Of a stretch of DNA of 64,000 nt, positions 41,950 to 57,512 are shown in pieces. The notes beneath the pieces are model-generated. The model was not told the DNA's origin, did not search any database, and worked only from the letters and a program-made list of their open reading frames with translations. Origin of the DNA: the human T2T-CHM13v2.0 reference genome, Homo sapiens. Positions within the stretch are counted from its first letter, which is position 1. The number at the start of each line of letters is the position of its first letter. The translations under genes and the position numbers were made by a program. The stretch is taken from assembly GCF_009914755.1 (NCBI RefSeq), contig NC_060937.1, one strand, 5' to 3'.

Positions 41950-42302
41950 TTTTTTTTTTTTTTTTTAGAGACGAGGTCTCGCTCTGTCACCCAGGCTGGT
42001 ATGCAGCGGCATGATCATAGCTCACTGCAGCCTCAAATTCCTGGGCTCAAATGAGCCTCCTGCCTTAGCCTCCTAAGTAGCTTGGACTACAGGTGTGTAG
42101 CACCACTCTCAGCTAATTTATTTCATTTTATTTTTTGTAGAGATAATGCCTCGCTATATTGGCCAGGATGGTCTCAAACGTTCATAGAAACTGGTTTTAG
42201 GTTCCTAGAGGCTGGCAGCAATTCTCAGAGGTAACGCAAGCAGTCTTCCTGCCTTGGCCTCCCAGTGTGCTGGGATTACAAGGTGTGAGCCACCACACCT
42301 CA
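41950..42302 (-). mobile_element. AluJ-like with a ~60-bp non-Alu insert
   Basis: Alu sequence is interrupted after gtctcaaac and resumes at caagcagtcttcctgcc. Confidence 0.85.
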
Positions 42303-42669
42303 TCAATTTTTGTTTTAATATACTCTAAGGCTATCATAGTTCCGAGATCTTTTTTTTTTTCCTGAGAAATCTAGAAAGATGGAAGACAGTATGGGTCTTT
42401 TGTGGATTTTTTGTCCTAAGAAATTTTCATAAATGTCTGCCAAGGAAAAGGAAAGAGATCAAAGTGGTAATTAAATCTTTAGGATGGACATTTTTAGAAA
42501 AATGCTTTATAAACTTCCCCTCTCCCAACTCTGAGTGACTTATTGTGTCATACTGTATTAACACATATTCATGCTGTAAATATAGTAAGAAAAGACAATA
42601 GTTCACAATTTTGGTTTAGTTTTTGCCATTATTGATTATGAGCAGTAATTCTTCCTTTTCTTTTTGAAG

Positions 42670-42799
42670 GTGATATGGAAAGCCCTGTGTTTGCATTTCC
42701 CCTGCTCTTAAAACTAGAAACCCACATTGAAAAGCTCTTCCTATATTCTTTTTCTTGGGACTTTGAATGTTCGCAGTGTGGACACCAATATCAAAACAG
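42670..42799 (+). CDS. USPL1: USPL1 exon 6
   Basis: ttttgaag|GT ... AACAG|gttagt, 130 nt. Encodes GDMESPVFAFPLLL...FECSQCGHQYQNR (CxxC). Confidence 0.95.
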
Positions 42800-43653
42800 G
42801 TTAGTTTCTTTTGTTTTTTAAAATGGGTTCTTCTAGTTTCTCCACCACTAAGGTTAAGAGAACAATTTGAGCACCAGACACTACAGTTTGCTTGCTTCTT
42901 TAAACTGGAAGGGTCAAAACCTCATCGTTTGATAGACTGCTAGTAGGATATTTCCTAAGGAGTTCTTCAGTGGGAAATAGGGACGATGAGAGGAATAATA
43001 CACCTCCCTTCTCCAGAGTCCTTGCTGAGTAGAATACCTCTCAGAATGCCATGAAACTGTAGGCATTTTTGTTTATTCCTCTATTAGAAATGAGGGGTTT
43101 TGCTTGTTTACTTTAGGTTTCTAACATTATAGACACTAGTTTTAGGCTCTTGGAGGCTAGCAGCAATTCTCAGAGGTAATGCAAGCTTCCCCATTTCTTC
43201 CCGTAGTCCTGTGAAAGACCAGCCACCTCCAGAAGCCTACACATGAGTCTTCTCAGCCATACTTTCTGCTTTTCCTAATGCCTCTCAGCAGCGTATTAGA
43301 AAGGCCATGATCGATGTACCTGTTACCTTCAGGCTTTGCATAAGGTGTATATGAAACATAATGAATTTCGTGTTTAGGCTCAGGTCCCATCCCCAGGTTA
43401 CCTCTTTATCTTGGAGACACTTCTGGTCCCATACATTTCAGATAAGAGATATTCAACCTGTACCCACCACGTAAGGAGAGGAATAGGTTTTAGAAGAGGA
43501 GTCAGGGAGGCAAGGTATTCCCAGAGGGATATTCTCACTTGGTCCATACCTGAGAAAGTTGCTGGCTGGCAGTTAGGAAGATGACCAGACTGGCTCAATT
43601 GTTCGTGTATTCAAATTATTACAATAGAAATAACTCTTTCCCCCCCCCCGCCC

Positions 43654-44340
<687 letters not shown>

Positions 44341-46551
44341 ATTACTTAGATATTCATTATCTAAATATGAAATCCTTTTTAGGTATTTAAGGAGTAGTCA
44401 AGGAGAGTTCAGTCTGGGAGGATGCTCCAGGGAATGCAGGCAACAAAGGTTTTGTTTTTTTTTTTAACTGGTTAACTCAGATCTACTAGAACAGGGTAAG
44501 GGAGGCCACAGAGTAGACACCATGAGCAAAGCTAACCCTCCTGAGTTGAAAAAATTATGGACGAGAAGTTATCATTGAAATTAACTGTTGGCAGACATAT
44601 CCAAAGAATATCGCAAGGATTTGGTCCCTTTATGCATCCTGAGACAGATGAATGTGTGGAATGGCAGCTGGTGGGCAACAGAGCGATATTGGCATGGTGG
44701 TGATACAGGGAAATAGTTTCATCGTGTTAAAAGCCATGGAACAAAGATACATAATGGCTGCTCTGCAGAAAAATCCACGTCCCCTCTCCAAAGGGCCTGT
44801 TTTACTCTGATGTAAAAATTGGGTCAGATAAATTTTCATATTAAGCTTTTTGTTGAGTAAACTTTTGTAATAGTCCCCAAAACTCCCACTAGAACAGGGT
44901 GAGAATTAACGTTTTATTCATACCTAGGACTTAAATAATTTAGTGTAAGCAAGTGAGTATGAGAACACATCTGTTTCCAGTCTTCTATCATTGCTTTATA
45001 TAAATTCTCTGGTTTTCTCCTCACAGTAACTCAGTGAGGAAGATCCTAGTGTCCTCATTTGGCACGTATGGATATGACAGCTTGAAAGGGGTTAGATTGA
45101 TTCCCAAGATGACACACTGTAAGTGGCAGAGTCAGGAGACACACTTAGGCTCTTCTGGCCTCTAAGACTTTCTTGCTCACTGTGGTATACTCCTTAATCA
45201 CTACCTGGGTTTTAAATAATATAAATAACCTTGCTGATTAAAATCAGCTTAATTGTAGCTTCTCTGGAATCCATATCTTAGTTGTTTGACAGTTTTCGGT
45301 TGAGTGTCTTCTGTGTGTTAGGAACTCAGGCACTGGAAATAGTGTATCTTTGCCAAATTTACTAATTAGGTAGAGAGATAATACACGAACACATAATAGA
45401 GGTCCAGTGACTTCGTAATTAATCTGATCTTTGGGCTGCTTAACGTTAGCTTTGAATGCAAGATGTTAAATGCGTTTTAGAGATATATAGCACAAACTGT
45501 GAGAGCTCAAGGGAGGGAAGCCACTAGCCGCTTTTGTTTGCTTTTTTGTTTTTTAAAAATAATCTTACTTTGTTCTAAAAATAGAAGTAGTTATAGAGGG
45601 AAAGCTAAAATGAAGTGACGTTTTCTTAAATATGTTTTAATATGTCATAACTTAAAACTTATTTCCACTTAATCTGAAGGAGAACTGTCCAGCAAATTCC
45701 TTTGTTTTTGTGAAGCTGTTTTTAGTGCCAGCATAAGGGCTTTTTACTCAACTTGGAAAGTGTAACCCAGAGTCAGTTAAAAACATAGTCTTCAGAGGCA
45801 GATCTCAGGTCTGTTATTTATCACTGTACTCTATGTGTCACTTTCCCCATCTGTAAAATGGGGATAAGAATAGCACCTGCCTCTGAGAGTTGTTTGGAAG
45901 ATGAGTGTCCAGTGCCATGCCCTTTGCACATAGTTTAAGTGTTCAGAAATGTCAGATGTCATGTGGAGAATTAACACTTACTTGCTGAGACAGTCTCCTT
46001 TTTATAAACTAAACAGTAGGAGCCTTTACATAACAATTATCTTTGAAAATTTAAGAATTTAGCAGAAATCAGTGCATTTGTTGATATCTTTATGTTGCTT
46101 TGCTTTTAAAATGTTAACCTCCCTGACTACTGATGTTTTTAACAGACAGTGCTTCCTCACAAGATTTGTAAGTATTTGCTATTGTTTAGAAAGGAAGCTT
46201 GTATCTCTTAAGTAGCTGCTCTTTAAATTACAAATATTTTTATTAAAGTGGATGCAGTTGAGGTTTAGTGTACATCTTTAAAGGTCATCTTTTTAGATGG
46301 CGTTGCTCTCAAGTATTCAGACTAAAGTGCAAATTTAGAACTTGTGTAACCTGTGAAAACAAAATTTGTTCACAATTAATGCTGTGTGTGTGTGTGTTTT
46401 TTTTTTAAGGATTAAAAAAAGTTAAGTTGTATGTATTCCTGATTTTATGTTTGGAAACATCCCCTTTTCATTTTTGGTTGTCTGTAATGGCTAGCCAGTT
46501 TGAGTTATTTGAGTAAGGGGTGAGCTCTTAATAAATTTGACAACCTTAGAA

Positions 46552-46745
46552 CAGTGGTTCTTCACTAAGGGCTATTTTTTCCCCCTTGGGACATTTGGCA
46601 ACATCTACAGACAACTGGATGCCGTTACTGGCATCTGGTGAGGAGAGGCCAGGGATGATGCTTAACATCCTACAGTGCACAGGACAGTGCTTCACAGCAA
46701 AGACTCTCTGGTGAAAAATGCAGTGATACCATTGAGGAACCCTGT
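46552..46745 (+). mobile_element. MER20
   Basis: cagtggttct...gggacatttggcaa...aacatcctacagtgcacaggacag...ttgaggaaccctg. Confidence 0.75.
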
Positions 46746-46972
46746 CTTTTTTTCTTGCTTCATCTCATAGTTGAAAGATATGGGAAATTAACATGGAGCA
46801 TCTTCACAGAGCTTCTTTACTAGAGGTAGGGAGGAACATTGCCATATTAACATGATTTGGGGAAATAAGAAAGTATGAATCACGAAAAAGGGGAGGAATA
46901 CTTTTAGACATTGGTTTAAATTAATGTAAATGCATTTAACGTTAATGAATTTGTTATGTCATTTTTTTATAG

Positions 46973-47098
46973 GCATATGAAGAGTCTGGTCACCTTTACA
47001 AATGTCATCCCTGAGTGGCACCCACTTAATGCTGCCCATTTTGGTCCATGTAACAATTGCAACAGTAAATCACAAATAAGAAAAATGGTATTAGAAAA
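46973..47098 (+). CDS. USPL1: USPL1 exon 7
   Basis: tttatag|G ... GAAAA|gtgagt, 126 nt. Encodes HMKSLVTFTNVIPEWHPLNAAHFGPCNNCNSKSQIRKMVLEK (second CxxC). Confidence 0.95.
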
Positions 47099-50076
47099 GT
47101 GAGTTAAAATTGTCTTATAATTTTTAGTACAAAATGAAGGTGGATTTACATTTTTCTTAATGTGTAGGATTGAAAATGGTGACAACAACTTACCTTTCTG
47201 AAATTTGAGTTAACATATATTTCTGGGTTGCCAGCTGCCTCGCTCTATCTGGCCAGTGAGCCCACTGTCACGGTGAAGCCACTGAAAAGCCAACTTAGGC
47301 TGACTCTCTGGCCCCACTCTCCTAGTGTCTTTCCTTCTTTTTGCCTTTTTTCTCCCTTTAAGGATATCAAGCTTCAGTTTTTCTCTCCTCTGCCAAGTGT
47401 ATGGAGTTTCTAGAATTCTGGGATTTCCTTAATCAGATTTCAAGAACTAAGATGATTCAAAGATAAGCCACAGGCTCATCTCTCTGAATTTCCATCTTCT
47501 CCTAGATCTCAGCATGCTAATTCCTCATCATCTTGAAAGCTATCTAGTGGCCTTGAGCAGATATATTTTCATTGTATTTTGCCAGCTTTTCTGTTTGTCC
47601 TCAGTTGGGGAGGTTGGTCAGCATTACCTTTTCCAGTATTACCAGAGAACCATCTGTTTAAACTCACAGGTCAGTTCCATCTCAGGCCGTTTCCCTCTGT
47701 CTCATTAATGCACTCACACATGTACACAACCTCTCTACTCTTCATTTTCAGTCTAATCGTACATTAAGGAAATGTTTTGAGGTCTAATTTGATGTAATAA
47801 AGAACCGGGAACATTAACCTTTATGCCCTTGAATGTGCCAGAAACCCTTCAGAATCTTTCCTAAAGGTTTATTCTCATTGAAGTAATAAATCCTCAGTTT
47901 ATCAGTGCTTACAGGCTCAAAAGGGAAAAAGGGCAGTAGTCCCCTGTTCCCTCCTCCAGGTATCTACTTTAAACCTTCAAATTAAGGTAGTATTTACTTT
48001 TACTTTTCAAATTGATGTGCCTATTCTACCGTAATGCAGTCTGTTCTCCTTTTATAGTAATTGAGACTAGGGTTCTCACACCAACACCTGGGCCCCATCT
48101 CTGTTTAGCCTTTCCCTGTCCTTTCAATGCAATTGCGTATTTGGCTAACTCAGTACTCGGTGTTTGCATTGTTATTAATATACATGTGTTATTCCCTCTT
48201 CAGCCAAGCAGTATATATAGTTAGGTTTCACTTTTACAATTCTTATTTTTCCGGGAATTGTTATTTGCCTTGTTTTCATTTGTTTTATTATGTACTGTGA
48301 GTTTTTGCCAAATACTTTAAAGACTTATTAATAAATTTTCAATACTCAGATGCTTCACAGTTTTTTACTCTGTTCCTCTCCCCTTTTTTTCCTGGAACTC
48401 TTTCCTGCCACCTTTCACTCTTTGCTGCAGTCTGCGCTGGTTCCTCTCTGGGCCTGCAGCATAGGGTGCTCTTTATTATGTACACACTTCCAGTCACTAT
48501 CGTAGTTTTTAGCCCAAGGCCTCATCCCCACATTCTATCACATCTGTTGCCCATAAATATCCAGTCCTTTAGGGGTTCTCTGGGAAAAATAAGCTCTTCT
48601 TTGTCATCAACATATGCACTCCGCAGTACTCATGTCTTCACTTTGCCCGTTCTGCTGGGTAAGGTGCCACTTCTCTGTTTGCTTTCTGTCCTCTAAATAT
48701 TTGACTTCTTATTTGCTTATTTTCCTTTCTTTGTCCTTTTGGACTCATATCTTTTTTGCCCCTCACTATTATTTGATAGCATTTGTGTAGGAGGGCGAAG
48801 TGGGAAGGAAGAGGAGGTGTCTGTATCTGTCTGAAGATTACAGAAGTCTGTAATCTGTCTTGGCTGCCAGGTGTCAGTTTTGAGATGTAAATGTTGATGA
48901 TGAGGTGAGGAGAAGAGCAGCAGAGCATGGGGTCTGCCATCCTGCCCTGGACCATGGCCTGCTTTAGGCTGCTTGGTGTATATGATTTCATCTAGCTGTT
49001 CATACCTGCTTTTTCCCGTGCCCCAGCACTGAACATAGACTCGTACCATTGTTTTGTGTAATCTGTTAATTGGTTGCACTGCAGCATATATATTTTTTAA
49101 CTATACAAATAAGTTGCTTCCCTTAAAGATTCATGCTCTGATCTGGAAATGGATTCATTAGGTAAAAGTCTTTTAATGGAAAATGTGTTTTGAGTTCCAG
49201 TGGGCCAATTTATGAGCAGAATTTATAATGTGGGCATTTCCTGTTTTCTTCAAAAGTAAATTGAACTAGTGTATGAAGTTTCACTTAAATTTTAAATGCC
49301 AAGGTCTTTATATAAGTCCTTTGTGTTTTTTTAATTTTGAAATTTGTATAACTTGATTTGTTTGTGTCTAATGGAATTTAGAAATAAATTTAATATAGTT
49401 TTTAGGGCTAACCTAAAAGTAATTGGGTTCATCATGGTGTCATATGTAATTAAAACATATAGAATCCTAAAAACTAATTAAGTTCCTTGGACACCTTATC
49501 TCACATAACCCACATCTCTAATGTCTCCCCATTGGGAAAAGAGTCCATTGATAAATCAGGTGAATTATGCCTAGCGGGCCCAAATCTGCTACTTTTCTTT
49601 AAGTTGTTTAGGAGTTACATTCAGACCATGGTGACATGGAGCACCAAGAACTTAGAATCAGATTTCATTTTACTTGACAAACTCTTGAAAGGTCACTGCC
49701 ACAGTCTCTCTTGAGTGCAAGGCTATGGCTATGCTTTGTAGCACAGGGACGCGATATTTCTCTGCTATCTTTGGGTAGCAGAGGTTAACACAGCTCCCTT
49801 GTGCTTTCTTTCTCTCTTTTCTATTTTCTTTTCTTTTCCTAAGGATAGATCTTTAAATAGGAGGAGTTTAACCCCATGTTAGGTGAATTCAAATGGATCT
49901 TAGCCTGATGTCTCTTGTTCTCTTTTGGTTCCAGTTTGGTTAATTCCTTTCATCCAATTTTCCAGTGGTTGAGGGAGAACCTAACTTGCTCTCCTCGACT
50001 CTGAGCATCATCCTTCACTGACAGTTCAGGCATTGTGGGTAGGAAGAAGTCTGAGAACAAAACCTAGGGATAAAGT

Positions 50077-52014
<1,938 letters not shown>

Positions 52015-53187
52015 GGTCAGATAGGTGCCTAAAGCCTGCGTGTCTCGCTATGAGAATACATCTCAAGTTTTACTGTGGTTCATTGATTCAGACATGTAGT
52101 TCACATTTTAACCTGTCTGAAATGGTAATATGTGAAATTGATGTCATGATATAGTTTAATTGGCAGCATGTTTTCATAGTGGTACATTTTATAATTAGTG
52201 AAATCTTAGATTTGATGAAATAGATATGATTTTTTAAAGTGGGAAAGTTTAGTGTTATAGACAGTTTGCAGGACTTTTTATTTTGTAGGTACTTAAATTT
52301 TGAGGACTTAATTATTCTCTAATAAAGTGATTGACAAGGATTAATGTATAAATTATACCTTGTCAGTCTGAACAATCTGCAGTTTGGACATTGATTCAAA
52401 TTCATTTAGGCTGAATAAATTTTGATAAACTAAGTAAGTTTTGACAGCTATTTAAATATTGGGAAAGGGGATATTCAACATTTTTCTTACATCCTGAGAG
52501 CTTTGTTAAATTTAGTTATTTGAGACCCATTGGGTTCTATTTTCTGGTTCAGCATGTTGCTGTAATGGTAAAATACAATTTTGAAATTATAGTTGTCTTG
52601 AAGTTAATAATAAATTGACCAATATGTTGTATTTTTTTCTCTACTTAGTTACAAATTGAACTTTTCCTAAGTAGAACTTTTAATTTGACAGGCCCCCTTT
52701 GCTTCCTGAGGTAACTGAAATAGGCCAAATTAATGCTTTTTTGAATATCTTAGGTTTGTTGCTTTCTTTCACATGTTACCTACCCCACTTAACAAAAGCA
52801 ATTAATCTCAGCACTTGATGCCAAAGAAAATTCTAAAAGGTCTGGATTTTTTCCTTGGATTTTACAAAGTAGCTACAATGGGACTTTTAAGACAAAGCTG
52901 CATTGCTGCTTACAGAGCAATTTTTGTTTAATGGTCTGTGTTAGAGTCATACTGCATGATGACTTCCAACTGTCTGGGATACCATTCTGAAAAGGGTTTA
53001 GTGTTACATACTTCTTAGAGAGAGTTCTCCATTTCTAATTAAGGCACACATCTGGAGGTGCTCAAGAAAAATTAGTGCAGTTAGCCTTGGAAGTGTTATG
53101 TGTGACTAGTTCACTTCAGACATCTTTTGTATAATCAGACACATGGCATTAAATTTATTTAACTTCTCTTGCTTTTCTCTCCCACAG

Positions 53188-53345
53188 AGTATCTCCCATA
53201 TTCATGTTGCACTTTGTAGAAGGCTTACCACAGAATGACTTGCAGCACTATGCATTTCATTTTGAAGGCTGTCTTTATCAGATAACTTCTGTAATTCAGT
53301 ATCGAGCAAATAATCATTTTATAACATGGATTTTAGATGCTGATG
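53188..53345 (+). CDS. USPL1: USPL1 exon 8, contains catalytic His456
   Basis: cccacag|A ... GATG|gtaagt, 158 nt. Encodes VSPIFMLHF...YRANNHFITWILDAD (His box). Confidence 0.95.
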
Positions 53346-54354
53346 GTAAGTGTTTAGAGGTTTTCTTTTAAGATAATTGGCATAGAAACTAAATTCTAGC
53401 ATGTGGGGACTTTTTGGTTTTTGTTTTATAAAAAAAGACAAACTTTGTCCTGACTCTTTCTCTCTCCATTCTCGCCTTTGCCTTCTGCCCCTCCTCGCAT
53501 CTATTAAAAGTGATGGTTTTAGTATCCTGTCTCATTTTTTCCTTTCCTTACATCATGTATTATAGGTAAACACATGCGCATGTGTGTATTTCTCTTTTAG
53601 ACAAAGGATGAGATTACTACTGTTAGCTCAGTTTTTTTTTCCCTACTTAACATCTTTGCTTTTATTTTTTAGACATATTTCTAAGACTATTAAACATTAG
53701 ACTTACGTAGCCCTTCTGTCATTGTGAAATACATAGTTTACTAACAGCTACCATCAAGATAAAGCCTTTATTTAAATAATTAAACTTCTTAGTGGAAAGC
53801 TAAGTAAGCACAGTTTATGGATTTTGGGAATTTTTGCCTTGCATTTGTCTGATATGGTAAAATATTGAGTTTGTTTTTCTCATAATGTTCACTTTGTCTT
53901 AGACAAGATAACTCAATCCCCTTAAAGGGTTGTATCAAGCCATTGATAAGGGCTCACTTTGATATAACCATTTTCTGTTATTTAGACACTCTTTCACACT
54001 TCCTATTTTCCTCCTGGGGATGGTTTGAATGGATGACACAATACCATATTATAAAAGCACTTTACAAACTGTAACTTATGTTATAAATGTAATTATTACC
54101 TTAAAGTTTTACCCTGTTTCAGATTTGAGTGGAAGTAGTTCTTTACAATACAAAACAACTTATTTTAACTTTTTTTGCATTTCAAAGAATGATCAATCCA
54201 CTTCAGGTGCAGCATGGTTTCCAACCCTGACAGCATGGAAGAATCATTTATTTAGCTTCTAAAAATGTGCAGGCTGTACCCTAGACCAGCCTTGGGGATT
54301 AGGCCCAAATATCAATGTTGGGTGTTTTTGGTATTGGTTTTTGGCCCGCCTACC

Positions 54355-54560
54355 CGCCCTTCCTTCCTTCGTTCCTCTCTCTCATTCTCTCTCTCTCTCT
54401 CTTTCTCTCTCTCCTTCTTTGCTCCTTCATTCCTTCTCTCTCTCTCTTTTTTTTTTGAGACAGCATCTCACTATATTGCCCAGGCTGTTCTCAAACTCCT
54501 GGGCTCAAGTGATCCTCCTGCCTCAGCTTCCTGAGTAGCTAGGACTACAGGCACATGCTA
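54355..54560 (-). mobile_element. Alu monomer with a CT-rich simple-repeat tail
   Basis: (CT)n/(CCTT)n followed by an antisense FLAM-like sequence. Confidence 0.8.
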
Positions 54561-54983
54561 TGGCAATACTGTTTTAAACATTGTTTTCAAGGCTCCCCAG
54601 GTGATTCCAGTGTGGGTCATGTGGTAGAGAACCACTGACACAGGCAAACAAAGGATACATAAAGTTGTCTATTTAATGGGTAGGTGCAGGTAGTAGATAA
54701 GAGTGTAGCCACATAAACCACATGCTTAGTGAACGGTTTTGTTTTGTGTGTATGTGAGGGATTAGCATCTCTGAGTATATTTTGTTTTCCCTTTTGAAAC
54801 TTATCAGAGAATTCATATGTCTGTTATGTGACTAATGCTCACATTAAAAAAAGTTATGTGACTTTTTTTAATTCATATGTCTTTTTAATTCATTTATTCA
54901 TTCATATGTCTGTTATGTGACTAATGCTCTCATAAAAAAAGTAATGCTCAGTTTACTTTTTTTATATCAGATCATATATATAT

Positions 54984-55276
<293 letters not shown>

Positions 55277-56239
55277 ATATCTTATATTTTAATAAATATT
55301 TTAATTTGGTCTGTAAATTTTTCTTTTTGGGGAATGTGTTTTAAGTCTGTGTTGAGTCCTAGACATTTGTTGTTCTCAGATAGTCACTAGTGATACCTTA
55401 ACATTAACCAGCCTGTTGGCAACTAAATTGGCCTGAAGTGACAACTAAGGAAAGGTCTCTTTCTCCTTTCTTAATCTTTGCATTCCTTAAGATTAGTTCT
55501 TTGTAGGAAGGCTTTGAAGTCTGGTGGCAAGTACCCTTTATCCCTCACAATCTTAAGATAAGGTCTTTCTGAGCATTAAAAAGTGACTGTGGGAGATATG
55601 TCAAATGAGTTTTCTGTGTGTGCTCTGAGAAATCTTTTTTTCAAAAAAGGATAGATGTACGTGTATAAGGAAAAGAGAAACTGAGCGCACTTTCAATATT
55701 TAAGTAAGTGTCTCTAACATGTTTTGCAACATAAAATGATGACCACTGTGTTGGTCATTACTTCTCTACTGCTAAAACAATGTTTTCTAAAATAATATAC
55801 TCCTTAGAAAAAAATATAGTGCTTTGGGTGTGCACTGTTGTAATCCAAGGAATAGGAAATGTTTTGTAGTAAGTGCGATGGTGTTTGACATCGTGATTTA
55901 TTAATTTATCACATTTGGTTTCATAGAAATAGAGTAAGCTACGTATTTGCTGTGCCGCAATTACCATGACATTACACTTGTATCTATTTCTGTTTCATAG
56001 ATGTGTAGATATTGATATATACAGTGGAAGTATGGATTGTTTTGATAAGTTTCTAATGAAAGTACAGATATTTGTTGATTATTTATTAAGAAAGGTTGTT
56101 ACTCATCCAAGCCCGTGGTTAGCTTTTCCCAAATTATCATGTGGTAGTAAGTAAAATGTAAAGAAATATACCCTCCCTTAGCCCCACACCACCTGTTAGC
56201 ACCTAGCCACCTTCCTTTACTTCTCAGCCGTACTTTTTG

Positions 56240-56915
56240 TATTTTTTTGTTGTAGTGGTAAAATATAAATAACATAAAATTTACCATTTTAACATTTGTA
56301 AGTGTACAATTCATTGGCATTGAATACATTGTGTGCAACCACCATCACCATCAGGACTTTTTCATCAACCAAACAGAAACTACTCATTAAACAATAACTC
56401 CGCATCCTTCCACCCCAAAGCCCTGGTAACCACTATTCTACTTTCTGTCTCTGTGAATCTGTCTATTCTAGATACCTCATAGAAGTGGAATCGTACATTA
56501 TTTGTCCTTTTGTGTCTGGCTTATTTTACTCAGCATATTTTCAAGATTCATTTGTGTTGTGGGATGTAGCAGAATGTCATTCCTTTCTAAGGCTGAGTAG
56601 CATTGTATGTATTATCCATTTATCTGTTACGGACATTTGACTATTGTGAATAATGCTGTTGTGAACATTGGTGGACAAGGAACTGAAAGTCCCTGCTTTT
56701 CATTCTTTTTGGCATAAACCTACAAGAGGAATTGCTGGGTCTTAACGGTAATTCTGTGTTTAATTTTTGGACGAACTGCCAGACTGTTTCCACAGCAGTT
56801 GTACTATTTTACATCCCCACCAGCGTTACACAAGGATTCCAATTTCTCTACATCCTTGCCAACATTTGCTATTTTCTATTTTTTTTTAATAATATCCATC
56901 CTAATGGGTGTCTTT
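56240..56915 (-). mobile_element. L1MB-like 3' fragment
   Basis: aacataaaatttaccattttaac...ccctggtaaccactattctactttctgtctctg...ttacatccccaccagc. Confidence 0.8.
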
Positions 56916-57512
56916 TTTTTTTTTTAAAGGAATGGTTTAAACAGGTTACCTTCTTACTCCTCATTCATGCTTTAGTTGACTACATAAGGACCCCTCTCCC
57001 TATTGGCACCATTGAAATTGTTCAGGCAAAAATAACTGCCAGCGACACACTGCTTTAAGTAATGGACTTTTCCCAAGTTTTGTATTAATATTTCAGTATT
57101 TGGTAGTGCATCCTACTGCTAGTTTTTAAACTCTTCCCTTGTCATCTATCATCTCATTCTCTCTTGACAAATGTGAAAATGGAAGCTCAGAAATAAAACA
57201 AGAATTAAAACGAATAGTGATCCTTCAGGTAACAAGCTTCATTTATCATGAAAACATATATGTATGAAACATTCTGTTTTCTGATGTTATTGGATAAATT
57301 AGGTGATAACCAAATTCTAAGTTCCAAAAATTAAATATACTCTATCTAAGGACTTTAACATGGCAGACAATGGTGACAAGGTCAAGAACATGTTTTAGAG
57401 TCTTCTCCTTTGGTTGGTATTCAATGATACAACAGTTGAAAAGGCCAGAAGAAAGTTAACCTAGGATGGTGGTTTTTGAATATCTAACTTTCACTTCTTT
57501 CCCATCTTCCAG

